Assembly (NCBI GenBank): GCA_964035545.1
Contig: CAXIUT010000183.1
Span: forward strand, 806,001-870,000
DNA from: Bugula neritina
Taxonomy: Eukaryota; Animalia; Bryozoa
Direction of reading: 5' to 3'
DNA length: 64,000 nucleotides
The position numbers and the translations under genes are program-made. Numbering within the stretch: the stretch's first letter is position 1; each line of letters starts with the position of its first letter. The notes under the pieces were generated by a model. The model did no database searches, was not told the DNA's origin, and saw only the letters and a program-made list of their open reading frames with translations. Below are positions 43,401 through 59,300 of this stretch, in pieces.

Positions 43401-46400
43401 AATACACTGCAATACATTGAAAAATAATGCAATATACTGAAATATACTGTAACACACTGAAATATACTGCAACATACTGAAATACACTGTAACATACTGA
43501 AATATACTGCAACGTACTGAAATACACTGCTACATACTGAAATATACTGTAGCATACTGCAACATACTGAAATACACTGTAACATACTGAGATACACTGC
43601 CGCATACTGCAACATATTGAAATACACTGCAACACATTGAAATATACTGCAACATAACAAAATATATGGTAAACTACTGAAATAGACTTTAACACATTGA
43701 AAAATACTGCAACATACTGTAATATACTGTAACACACTGAAGTATACTGCAACATACTGAAATACACTGTAACATACTGAAATATACTGCAACATACTGA
43801 AATACACTGCTACATACTGAAATATACTGCAACGTACTGCAACATACTCCAACATACTGAAATACACTGTAACATACTGAAATTCACTGCAACATACTAC
43901 CACATATTGAAATACACTGCAACACATTGAAATGTACTTCAACATACCGAAATATAAGGTAAACTACTAAAATATGCTGTAACATATTGAAAAATACTGC
44001 AACATACTGAAATATACTGCGACACCTAGCAATATACTGTAACATACTGAAATATGCTCTAGCACACTGAAATACAATGCAACTTACTGAATAATACTGC
44101 AACATACTGAAATACACTGCAACATCCTACAATATGCTGAAATACACTGTAACATATTGAAAGACACTGCAACACTTTGAAATATACTGCAACATACCGA
44201 AATATATGGTAAACTACTGCAACATACTACAACATATTGAAATACACTGCAACACATTGAAGTATACTGCAACATACCTAAATATACGGTAATATACTGA
44301 AATATACTGTAACACACTGAAATATACTGCAACATACTGAAATACACTGTAACATACTGAAATATACTGCAACATACTGAAATACACTGCTACATACTGA
44401 AATATACTGCAACATACTGCAATACACTGTAACATACTGAAATACACTGCAACATACTACAACATATTGAAACACACTGCAACACATTGGAATACACTGC
44501 AACTTACCGAATATATGGTAAACTACTGAAATATACTGTAACGCATTGAAAAATACTGCAACATACTGAAATATATTGCGACACATTGCAATATACTGTA
44601 ACATACTGAAAAATGCTGTAGCACACTGAAATATACTGCAATTCACTGAAATATACTGCAACATACTGAAATACACCGCAACATCCTACAACACACTGAA
44701 ATACTTTGTAACATATTGAAATACACTGCAACACATTGAAATATACTGCAACATAACGAAATATATGGTAAACTACTGAAATATATTTTAACACATTGAA
44801 AAATACTGCAACATACTGAAATATATTTTAACACATTGAAAAATACTGCAACATACTGAAATATACTGTAACACACTGAAGTACACTGCAACTGACTGAA
44901 ATATACTGCAATATACAGAAATACACTGCAACATCCTACAAAATGCTGAAATACACTGTAACATATTGAAATACACTGCAACACATTGAAACATACTGCA
45001 ACATACCGAAATATATAGTAAACTACTGAAATAAACTGTAACACATTGAAAAATACTGCAACATACTGAAATATACTGCAACATACCTAAATATACGGTA
45101 ATATACTGAAATATACTATAACACACCGAAATATACTGCAACATACTGAAATACACTGTAACATACTGAAATATACTGCAACATACTTAAACACACTGCT
45201 ACATACTGCAACATACTGCAACATACTGCAACATACTGAAATACACTGTAACATACTGAAATAAACTGCAACATACTACAACATATTGAAATACACTGCA
45301 ACACATTGAAATATACTGCTACATACCTAAATATACGGTAATATACTGAAATATACTGTAACACATTGAAAAAACTGCAACATACTGAAATACACTGCAA
45401 CACACTGAAATACACCGCAAAATGCTACAACATGCTGAAATACACTGTAACATATTGAAATCCACTGCAACACATTGAAATATACTGCAACATACCGAAA
45501 TATATGGTAAACTAATGAAATATACTGTAACACATTGAAAAATACCGCAACATACTGAAATACACTGCAACACATTGAAATATACTGCTACATACCTAAA
45601 TATACGGTAATATACTGAAATATACTGTAACGCATTGCAAAATACTGCAACATACTGAAATACACTGCGACACACTGAAATACGCTGCAAAATACTACAA
45701 CATACTGAAATAAACTGTAACATATTGAAATACACTGCAATACATTGAAAAATAATGCAATATACTGAAATATACTGTAACACACTGAAATATACTGCAA
45801 CATACTGAAATACACTGTAACATACTGAAATATACTGCAACGTACTGAAATACACTGCTACATACTGAAATATACTGTAACATACTGCAACATACTGAAA
45901 TACACTGTAACATACTGAGATACACTGCCGCATACTGCAACATATTGAACTACACTGCAACACATTGAAATATATTGCAACTTATCGAATATATGGAAAA
46001 CTACTGAAATATACTGTAACGCATTGAAAGAGACTGCAACATACTGAAATATATTGCGACACATTGCAATATACTGTAATATACTGAAAAATGCTGTAGC
46101 ACACTGAAGTACACCGCAACATCCTACAACATACTAAAATACACTGTAACATTTCGAAATACACTGCAACACATTGAATTATACTGCAACATAACGAAAT
46201 ATATGGTAAACTACTGAAATATATTTTAACAAATTGAAAAATAGTGCAACATACTGAAATATACTGTAACACACTGAAGTATACTGCAACATACTGAAAT
46301 ACACTGTAACATACTGAAATATACTGCAACATACTAAAATACACTGCTACATACTGAAATATACTGCAACGTACTGCAACATACTGCAACATACTGAAAT

Positions 46401-49400
46401 ACACTGTAACATACTGAATTACACTGCAACATACTACCACATATTGAAATACACTGCAACACATTGAAATGTACTACAACATACCGAAATATATGGTAAA
46501 CTACTAAAATATACTGTAACAGATTGAAAAATACTGCAACATACTGAAATATACTGCGACACCTAGCAATATACTGTAACATACTGAAATATGCTCTAGC
46601 ACACTGAAATACAATGCAACTTACTGAAATATACTGCAACATGCTGAAATACACTGCAACATCCTACAATATGCTGAAATACACAGTAACATATTGAAAT
46701 ACACTGCAACACTTTGAAATATACTGCAACATACCGAAATATATGGTAAACTACTGCAACATACTACAACATACTGAAATACACTGCAACACATAGAAAT
46801 ATACTGCGACATACCTAGATATACGGTAATATACTGAAATATACTGTAACACATTGAAAAATACCGCAACATACTGAAATATACTGCGACACATTGCAAT
46901 ATACTGTAACATATTGAAATATGCTGTAGCACACTGAAATACACTGCAACATCCTACAACATACTGAAATACACTGTAACATATTGAAATACACTGCAAG
47001 AAATTGAAATAGACTGCAACATAACAAAATATATGGTAAACTACTGAAATAGACTTTAACACATTGAAAAATACTGCAACATACATAAATATACTGTAAC
47101 ACACTGAAATATACTGCAACATACTGAAATACACTGTAACATTCTGAAATATACTGCAACATACTGAAATACACTGCTACATACTGAAATATACTGCAAC
47201 ATACTGCAAAATACTGCAACATACTGAAATACACTGTAACATATTGAAGTACACTGCAACACATTGAAATATACTGCAACATACCAAAATATATGGTAAA
47301 CAACTGAAATATACTTTAACACATTGAAAAATACTGCAACATACTGAAATATACTGCGACACTTTGCAATATACTGTAACATACCGAAATATGCTCTAGC
47401 ACACTGAAATACACTGCAACTCACTGAAATATACTGCAACATACTGAAATACACTGTGACATCCTGAAATATACTGCAACATTCTGAAATACACTGCTAC
47501 ATACTGAAATATACTGCAACATACTGCAACATACTGAAATACACTGCAACATACTACAACATACTGAAATACGCTGCAACACATTGAAATATACTGCAAC
47601 ATACCTAAATATACGGTAATATACTGAAATATACTGTAACGCATTGCAAAATACTGCAACATACTGAAATACACTGCGACACACTGAAATACGCTGCAAA
47701 ATACTACAACATACTGAAATAAACTGTTATATATTGAAATACACTGCAATACATTGAAAAATAATGCAATATACTGAAATATACTGTAACACACTGAAAT
47801 ATACTGCAACATACTGAAATACACTGTAACATACTGAAATATACTGCAACGTACTGAAATACACTGCTACATACTGAAATATACTGTAGCATACTGCAAC
47901 ATACTGAAATACACTGTAACATACTGAGATACACTGCCGCATACTGCAACATATTGAAATACACTGCAACACATTGAAATATACTGCAACATAACAAAAT
48001 ATATGGTAAACTACTGAAATAGACTTTAACACATTGAAAAATACTGCAACATACTGTAATATACTGTAACACACTGAAGTATACTGCAACATACTGAAAT
48101 ACACTGTAACATACTGAAATATACTGCAACATACTGAAATACACTGCTACATACTGAAATATACTGCAACGTACTGCAACATACTCCAACATACTGAAAT
48201 ACACTGTAACATACTGAAATTCACTGCAACATACTACCACATATTGAAATACACTGCAACACATTGAAATGTACTTCAACATACCGAAATATAAGGTAAA
48301 CTACTAAAATATGCTGTAACATATTGAAAAATACTGCAACATACTGAAATATACTGCGACACCTAGCAATATACTGTAACATACTGAAATATGCTCTAGC
48401 ACACTGAAATACAATGCAACTTACTGAATAATACTGCAACATACTGAAATACACTGCAACATCCTACAATATGCTGAAATACACTGTAACATATTGAAAG
48501 ACACTGCAACACTTTGAAATATACTGCAACATACCGAAATATATGGTAAACTACTGCAACATACTACAACATATTGAAATACACTGCAACACATTGAAGT
48601 ATACTGCAACATACCTAAATATACGGTAATATACTGAAATATACTGTAACACACTGAAATATACTGCAACATACTGAAATACACTGTAACATACTGAAAT
48701 ATACTGCAACATACTGAAATACACTGCTACATACTGAAATATACTGCAACATACTGCAATACACTGTAACATACTGAAATACACTGCAACATACTACAAC
48801 ATATTGAAACACACTGCAACACATTGGAATACACTGCAACTTACCGAATATATGGTAAACTACTGAAATATACTGTAACGCATTGAAAAATACTGCAACA
48901 TACTGAAATATATTGAGACACATTGCAATATACTGTAACATACTGAAAAATGCTGTAGCACACTGAAATATACTGCAATTCACTGAAATATACTGCAACA
49001 TACTGAAATACACCGCAACATCCTACAACACACTGAAATACTTTGTAACATATTGAAATACACTGCAACACATTGAAATATACTGCAACATAACGAAATA
49101 TATGGTAAACTACTGAAATATATTTTAACACATTGAAAAATACTGCAACATACTGAAATATATTTTAACACATTGAAAAATACTGCAACATACTGAAATA
49201 TACTGTAACACACTGAAGTACACTGCAACTGACTGAAATATACTGCAATATACAGAAATACACTGCAACATCCTACAAAATGCTGAAATACACTGTAACA
49301 TATTGAAATACACTGCAACACATTGAAACATACTGCAACATACCGAAATATATAGTAAACTACTGAAATAAACTGTAACACATTGAAAAATACTGCAACA

Positions 49401-52400
49401 TACTGAAATATACTGCAACATACCTAAATATACGGTAATATACTGAAATATACTATAACACACCGAAATATACTGCAACATACTGAAATACACTGTAACA
49501 TACTGAAATATACTGTAACACACTGAAGTACACTGCAACTGACTGAAATATACTGCAATATACAGAAATACACTGCAACATCCTACAAAATGCTGAAATA
49601 CACTGTAACATATTGAAATACACTGCAACACATTGAAACATACTGCAACATACCGAAATATATAGTAAACTACTGAAATAAACTGTAACACATTGAAAAA
49701 TACTGCAACATACTGAAATATACTGCAACATACCTAAATATACGGTAATATACTGAAATATACTATAACACACCGAAATATACTGCAACATACTGAAATA
49801 CACTGTAACATACTGAAATATACTGCAACATACTTAAACACACTGCTACATACTGCAACATACTGCAACATACTGCAACATACTGAAATACACTGTAACA
49901 TACTGAAATAAACTGCAACATACTACAACATATTGAAATACACTGCAACACATTGAAATATACTGCTACATACCTAAATATACGGTAATATACTGAAATA
50001 TACTGTAACACATTGAAAAAACTGCAACATACTGAAATACACTGCAACGCACTGAAATACACCGCAAAATGCTACAACATGCTGAAATACACTGTAACAT
50101 ATTGAAATCCACTGCAACACATTGAAATATACTGCAACATACCGAAATATATGGTAAACTAATGAAATATACTGTAACACATTGAAAAATACCGCAACAT
50201 ACTGAAATACACTGCAACACATTGAAATATACTGCTACATACCTAAATATACGGTAATATACTGAAATATACTGTAACGCATTGCAAAATACTGCAACAT
50301 ACTGAAATACACTGCGACACACTGAAATACGCTGCAAAATACTACAACATACTGAAATAAACTGTAACATATTGAAATACACTGCAATACATTGAAAAAT
50401 AATGCAATATACTGAAATATACTGTAACACACTGAAATATACTGCAACATACTGAAATACACTGTAACATACTGAAATATACTGCAACGTACTGAAAAAC
50501 ACTGCTACATACTGAAATATACTGTAACATACTGCAACATACTGAAATACACTGTAACATACTGAGATACACTCCCGCATACTGCAACATATTGAACTAC
50601 ACTGCAACACATTGAAATATATTGCAACTTATCGAATATATGGAAAACTACTGAAATATACTGTAACGCATTGAAAGAGACTGCAACATACTGAAATATA
50701 TTGCGACACATTGCAATATACTGTAATATACTGAAAAATGCTGTAGCACACTGAAGTACACCGCAACATCCTACAACATACTAAAATACACTGTAACATT
50801 TCGAAATACACTGCAACACATTGAATTATACTGCAACATAACGAAATATATGGTAAACTACTGAAATATATTTTAACAAATTGAAAAATAGTGCAACATA
50901 CTGAAATATACTGTAACACACTGAAGTATACTGCAACATACTGAAATACACTGTAACATACTGAAATATACTGCAACATACTAAAATACACTGCTACATA
51001 CTGAAATATACTGCAACGTACTGCAACATACTGCAACATACTGAAATACACTGTAACATACTGAATTACACTGCAACATACTACCACATATTGAAATACA
51101 CTGCAACACATTGAAATGTACTGCAACATACCGAAATATATGGTAAACTACTAAAATATACTGTAACAGATTGAAAAATACTGCAACATACTGAAATATA
51201 CTGCGACACCTAGCAATATACTGTAACATACTGAAATATGCTCTAGCACACTGAAATACAATGCAACTTACTGAAATATACTGCAACATGCTGAAATACA
51301 CTGCAACATCCTACAATATGCTGAAATACACAGTAACATATTGAAATACACTGCAACACTTTGAAATATACTGCAACATACCGAAATATATGGTAAACTA
51401 CTGCAACATACTACAACATACTGAAATACACTGCAACACATAGAAATATACTGCGACATACCTAGATATACGGTAATATACTGAAATATACTGTAACACA
51501 TTGAAAAATACCGCAACATACTGAAATATACTGCGACACATTGCAATATACTGTAACATATTGAAATATGCTGTAGCACACTGAAATACACTGCAACATC
51601 CTACAACATACTGAAATACACTGTAACATATTGAAATACACTGCAAGAAATTGAAATAGACTGCAACATAACAAAATATATGGTAAACTACTGAAATAGA
51701 CTTTAACACATTGAAAAATACTGCAACATACATAAATATACTGTAACACACTGAAATATACTGCAACATACTGAAATACACTGTAACATTCTGAAATATA
51801 CTGCAACATACTGAAATACACTGCTACATACTGAAATATACTGCAACATACTGCAAAATACTGCAACATACTGAAATACACTGTAACATATTGAAGTACA
51901 CTGCAACACATTGAAATATACTGCAACATACCAAAATATATGGTAAACAACTGAAATATACTTTAACACATTGAAAAATACTGCAACATACTGAAATATA
52001 CTGCGACACTTTGCAATATACTGTAACATACCGAAATATGCTCTAGCACACTGAAATACACTGCAACTCACTGAAATATACTGCAACAAAACTGAAATAC
52101 ACTGTGACATCCTGAAATATACTGCAACATTCTGAAATACACTGCTACATACTGAAATATACTGCAACATACTGCAACATACTGAAATACACTGCAACAT
52201 ACTACAACATACTGAAATACGCTGCAACACATTGAAATATACTGCAACATACCTAAATATACGGTAATATACTGAAATATACTGTAACGCATTGCAAAAT
52301 ACTGCAACATACTGAAATACACTGCGACACACTGAAATACGCTGCAAAATACTACAACATACTGAAATAAACTGTTATATATTGAAATACACTGCAATAC

Positions 52401-53300
52401 ATTGAAAAATAATGCAATATACTGAAATATACTGTAACACACTGAAATATACTGCAACATACTGAAATACACTGTAACATACTGAAATATACTGCAACGT
52501 ACTGAAATACACTGCTACATACTGAAATATACTGTAGCATACTGCAACATACTGAAATACACTGTAACATACTGAGATACACTGCCGCATACTGCAACAT
52601 ATTGAAATACACTGCAACACATTGAAATATACTGCAACATAACAAAATATATGGTAAACTACTGAAATAGACTTTAACACATTGAAAAATACTGCAACAT
52701 ACTGTAATATACTGTAACACACTGAAGTATACTGCAACATACTGAAATACACTGTAACATACTGAAATATACTGCAACATACTGAAATACACTGCTACAT
52801 ACTGAAATATACTGCAACGTACTGCAACATACTCCAACATACTGAAATACACTGTAACATACTGAAATTCACTGCAACATACTACCACATATTGAAATAC
52901 ACTGCAACACATTGAAATGTACTTCAACATACCGAAATATAAGGTAAACTACTAAAATATGCTGTAACATATTGAAAAATACTGCAACATACTGAAATAT
53001 ACTGCGACACCTAGCAATATACTGTAACATACTGAAATATGCTCTAGCACACTGAAATACAATGCAACTTACTGAATAATACTGCAACATACTGAAATAC
53101 ACTGCAACATCCTACAATATGCTGAAATACACTGTAACATATTGAAAGACACTGCAACACTTTGAAATATACTGCAACATACCGAAATATATGGTAAACT
53201 ACTGCAACATACTACAACATATTGAAATACACTGCAACACATTGAAGTATACTGCAACATACCTAAATATACGGTAATATACTGAAATATACTGTAACAC
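40457..53300. repeat. Second cluster of the same HOR: two 4337-bp copies lacking the 310-bp internal duplication, then one copy carrying it
   Basis: ORF starts at 40451/44788/49125 (+4337) and 40779/45116/49763 (+4337, +4647); 4647 - 310 = 4337. The right boundary is approximate. Confidence 0.92.
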
Positions 53301-56300
53301 ATTGAAAAATCCTGCAACATACTGAAATATACTGTAACACACTGAAGTATACTGCAACATACTGAAATACACTGCAACGCACTGAAATACACCGCAAAAT
53401 ACTACAACATGCTGAAATACACTGTAACATATTGAAATCCACTGCAACACATTGAAATATACTGCAACATACCGAAATATATGGTAAACTAATGAAATAT
53501 ACTGTAACACATTGAAAAATACCGCAACATACTGAAATATACTGCGACACATTGCAATATACTGTAACATATTGAAATATGCTGTAGCACACTGAAATAC
53601 ACTGCAACATCCTACAACATACTGAAATACACTGTAACATATTGAAATACACTGCAAGAAATTGAAATAGACTGCAACATAACAAAATAAATGGTAAACT
53701 ACTGAAATAGACTTTAACACATTGAAAAATACTGCAACATACAGAAATATACTGTAACACACTGAAATATACTGCAACATACTGAAATACACTGTAACAT
53801 TCTGAAAAATACTGCAACATACTGAAATACACTGCTACATACTGAAATATACTGCAACATACTGCAAAATACTGCAACATACTGAAATACACTGTAACAT
53901 ATTGAAGTACACTGCAACACATTGAAATATACTGCAACATACCAAAATATATGGTAAACAACTGAAATATACTTCAACACATTGAAAAATACTGCAACAT
54001 ACTGAAATATACTGCGACACTTTGCAATATACTGTAACATACCGAAATATGCTCTAGCACACTGAAATACACTGCAACTCACTGAAATATACTGCAACAT
54101 ACTGAAATACACTGTGACATCCTGAAATATACTGCAAAATTCTGAAATACACTGCTACATACTGAAATATACTGCAACATACTGCAACATACTGAAATAC
54201 ACTGCAACATACTACAACATACTGAAATACGCTGCAACACATTGAAATATACTGCAACATACCTAAATATACGGTAATATACCGAAATATACTGTAACAC
54301 ATTGCAAAATACTGCAACATACTGAAATACACTGCGACACACTGAAATACGCTGCAAAATACAACAACATACTGAAATAAACTGTAACATATTGAAACAC
54401 CCTGCAATACATTGAAAAATAATGCAATATACTGAAATATACTGTAACACACTGAAATATACTGCAACATCCTACAATATGCTGAAATACACTGTAACAT
54501 ATTGAAATACACTGCAACACTTTGAAATATACTGCAACATACCGAAATAAATGGTAAACTACTGCAACATACTACAACATATTGAAATACACTGCAACAC
54601 ATTGAAGTATACTGCAACATACCTAAACATACGGTAATATACTGAAATATACTGTAACACATTGAAAAATCCTGCAACATACTGAAATATACTGTAACAT
54701 ATTGAAATACACTGCAACACACTGAAATATACTGCAACATACTGAAATACACTGTAACATACTGAAATATACTGCAACATACTGAAATACACTGCTACAT
54801 ACTGCAACATACTGCAACATACTGCAACATACTGAAATACACTGTAACATACTGAAATAAACTGCAACATACTACAACATATTGAAATACACTGCAACAC
54901 ATTGAAATATACTGCTACATACCTAAATATACGGTAATATACTGAAATATACTGTAACACATTGAAAAATCCTGCAACATACTGAAATATACTGTAACAC
55001 ACCGAAATATACTGCAACATACTGAAATACACTGTAACATACTGAAATATACTGCAACATACTGAAATACACTGCTACATACTGAAATATGCTGCAACAT
55101 ACTGCAACATACTGAAATACACTGTAACTTACTGAAATAAACTGCAACACACTACAACATATTGAAATACACTGCAACACATTGAAATATACTGCAACAT
55201 ACCTAAATATACGGTAATATACTGAAATTCACTGTAACGCATTGCAAAATACTGCAACATACTGAAATTCACTGCGACACACTGAAATACGCTGCAAAAT
55301 ACTACAACATACTGAAATAAACTGTAACATATTGAAATACACTGCAACACATTGAAAAATACTGCAACATACTGAAATATACTGTAACACACTGAAATAT
55401 ACTGCAACATACTGAAATACACTGTAACATACTGAAATATACTGCAACATACTGAAATACACTGCTACATACTGAAATATACTGCAACATACTGCAACAT
55501 ACTGCAATACACTGTAACATACTGAAATACACTGCAACATACTACAACATATTGAAACACACTGCAACACATTGAAATACACTGCAACTTACCGAATATA
55601 TGGTAAACTACTGAAATATACTGTAACGCATTGAAAAATACTGCAACATACTGAAATATATTGCGACACATTGCAATATACTGTAACATACTGAAAAATG
55701 CTGTAGCACACTGAAATATACTGCAATTCACTGAAATATACTGCAACATACTGAAATACACCGCAACATCCTACAACATACTGAAATACTTTGTAACATA
55801 TTGAAATACACTGCAACACATTGAAATATACTGCAACATAACGAAATATATGGTAAACTACTGAAATATATTTTAACACATTGAAAAATACTGCAACATA
55901 CTGAAATATATTTTAACACATTGAAAAATACTGCAACATACTGAAATATACTGTAACACACTGAAGTACACTGCAACTGACTGAAATATACTGCAATATA
56001 CAGAAATACACTGCAACATCCTACAAAATGCTGAAATACACTGTAACATATTGAAATACACTGCAACACATTGAAACATACTGCAACATACCGAAATATA
56101 TAGTAAACTACTGAAATAAACTGTAACACATTGAAAAATACTGCAACATACTGAAATATACTGCAACATACCTAAATATACGGTAATATGCTGAAATATA
56201 CTATAACACACCGAAATATACTGCAACATACTGAAATACACTGTAACATACTGAAATATACTGCAACATACTTAAATACACTGCTACATACTGCAACATA

Positions 56301-59300
56301 CTGCAACATACTGAAATACACTGTAACATACTGAAACAAACTGCAACATACTACAACATATTGAAATACACTGCAACACATTGAAATATACTACTACATA
56401 CCTAAATATACGGTAATATACTGAAATATACTGTAACACATTGAAAAAACTGCAACATACTGAAATACACTGCAACGCACTGAAATACACCGCAAAATAC
56501 TACAACATGCTGAAATACACTGTAACATATTGAAATCCACTGCAACACATTGAAATATACTGCAACATACCGAAATATATGGTAAACTAATGAAATATAC
56601 TGTAACACATTGAAAAATACCGCAACATACTGAAATATACTGCGACACATTGCAATATACTGTAACATATTGAAATATGCTGTAGCACACTGAAATACAC
56701 TGCAACATCCTACAACATACTGAAATACACTGTAACATATTGAAATACACTGCAACACATTGAAGTATACTGCAACATACCTAAATATACGGTAATATAC
56801 TGAAATATACTGTAACACATTGAAAAATCCTGCAACATACTGAAATATACTGTAACATATTGAAATACACTGCAACACACTGAAATATACTGCAACATAC
56901 TGAAATACACTGTAACATACTGAAACATACTGCAACATACTGAAATACACTGCTACATACTGCAACATACTGCAACATACTGCAACATACTGAAATACAC
57001 TGTAACATACTGAAATAAACTGCAACATACTACAACATATTGAAATACACTGCAACACATTGAAATATACTGCTACATACCTAAATATACGGTAATTACT
57101 GAAATATACTGCAACATACTGAAATACACTGCAACATACTGAAATACACTGCTACATACTGAAATATACTGCAACGTACTGCAACATACTCCAACATACT
57201 GAAATACACTGTAACATACTGAAATTCACTGCAACATACCACCACATATTGAAATACACTGCAACACATTGAAATGTACTTCAACATACCGAAATATAAG
57301 GTAAACTACTAAAATATGCTGTAACATATTGAAAAATACTGCAACATACTGAAATATACTGCGACACCTAGCAATATACTGTAACATACTGAAATATGCT
57401 CTAGCACACTGAAATACAATGCAACTTACTGAAATATACTGCAACATATTGAAATACACTGCAACACTTTGAAATATACTGCAACATACCGAAATATATG
57501 GTAAACTACTGCAACATACTACAACATATTGAAATACACTGCAACACACTGAAATATACTGCAACATACTGAAATACACTGTAACATACTGAAATATACT
57601 GCAACATACTGAAATACACTGCTACATACTGCAACATACTGCAACATACTGCAACATACTGAAATACACTGTAACATACTGAAATAAACTGCAACATACT
57701 ACAACATATTGAAATACACTGCAACACATTGAAATATACTGCTACATACCTAAATATACGGTAATATACTGAAATATACTGTAACACATTGAAAAATCCT
57801 GCAACATACTGAAATATACTGTAACACACCGAAATATACTGCAACATACTGAAATACACTGTAACATACTGAAATATACTGCAACATACTGAAATACACT
57901 GCTACATACTGAAATATGCTGCAACATACTGCAACATACTGAAATACACTGTAACATACTGAAATAAACTGCAACACACTACAACATATTGAAATACACT
58001 GCAACACATTGAAATATACTGCAACACACCTAAATATACGGTAATATACTGAAATTCACTGTAACGCATTGAAAAATACCGCAACATACTGAAATATACT
58101 GCGACACATTGCAATATACTGTAACATATTGAAATATGCTGTAGCACACTGAAATACACTGCAACATCCTACAACATACTGAAATACACTGTAACATATT
58201 GAAATACACTGCAAGAAATTGAAATAGACTGCAACATAACAAAATATATGGTAAACTACTGAAATAGACTTTAACACATTGAAAAATACTGCAACATACA
58301 GAAATATACTGTAACACACTGAAATATACTGCAACATACTGAAATACACTGTAACATTCTGAAATATACTGCAACATACTGAAATACACTGCTACATACT
58401 GAAATATACTGCAACATACTGCAAAATACTGCAACATACTGAAATACACTGTAACATATTGAATTACACTGCAACACATTGAAATATACTGCAAGATACC
58501 AAAATATATGGTAAACAACTGAAATATACTTTAACACATTGAAAAATACTGCAACATACTGAAATATATTTTAACACATTGAAAAATACTGCAACATACT
58601 GAAATATACTGTAACACACTGAAGTACACTGCAACTGACTGAAATATACTGCAATATACAGAAATACACTGCAACATCCTACAAAATGCTGAAATACACT
58701 GTAACATATTGAAATACACTGCAACACATTGAAACATACTGCAACATACCGAAATATATAGTAAACTACTGAAATAAACTGTAACACATTGAAAAATACT
58801 GCAACATACTGAAATATACTGCAACATACCTAAATATACGGTAATATACTGAAATATACTATAACACACCGAAATATACTGCAACATACTGAAATACACT
58901 GTAACATACCGAAATATACTGCAACATACTTAAATACACTGCTACATACTGCAACATACTGCAACATACTGCAACATACTGAAATACACTGTAACATACT
59001 GAAATAAACTGCAACATACTACAACATATTGAAATACACTGCAACACATTGAAATATACTGCTACATACCTAAAAATACCGCAACATACTGAAATATACT
59101 GCGACACATTGCAATATACTGTAACATATTGAAATATGCTGTAGCACACTGAAATACACTGCAACATCCTACAACATACTGAAATACACTGTAACATATT
59201 GAAATACACTGCAAGAAATTGAAATAAACTGCAACATAACACAATATATGGTAAACTACTGAAATAGACTTTAACACATTGAAAAATACTGCAACATACA

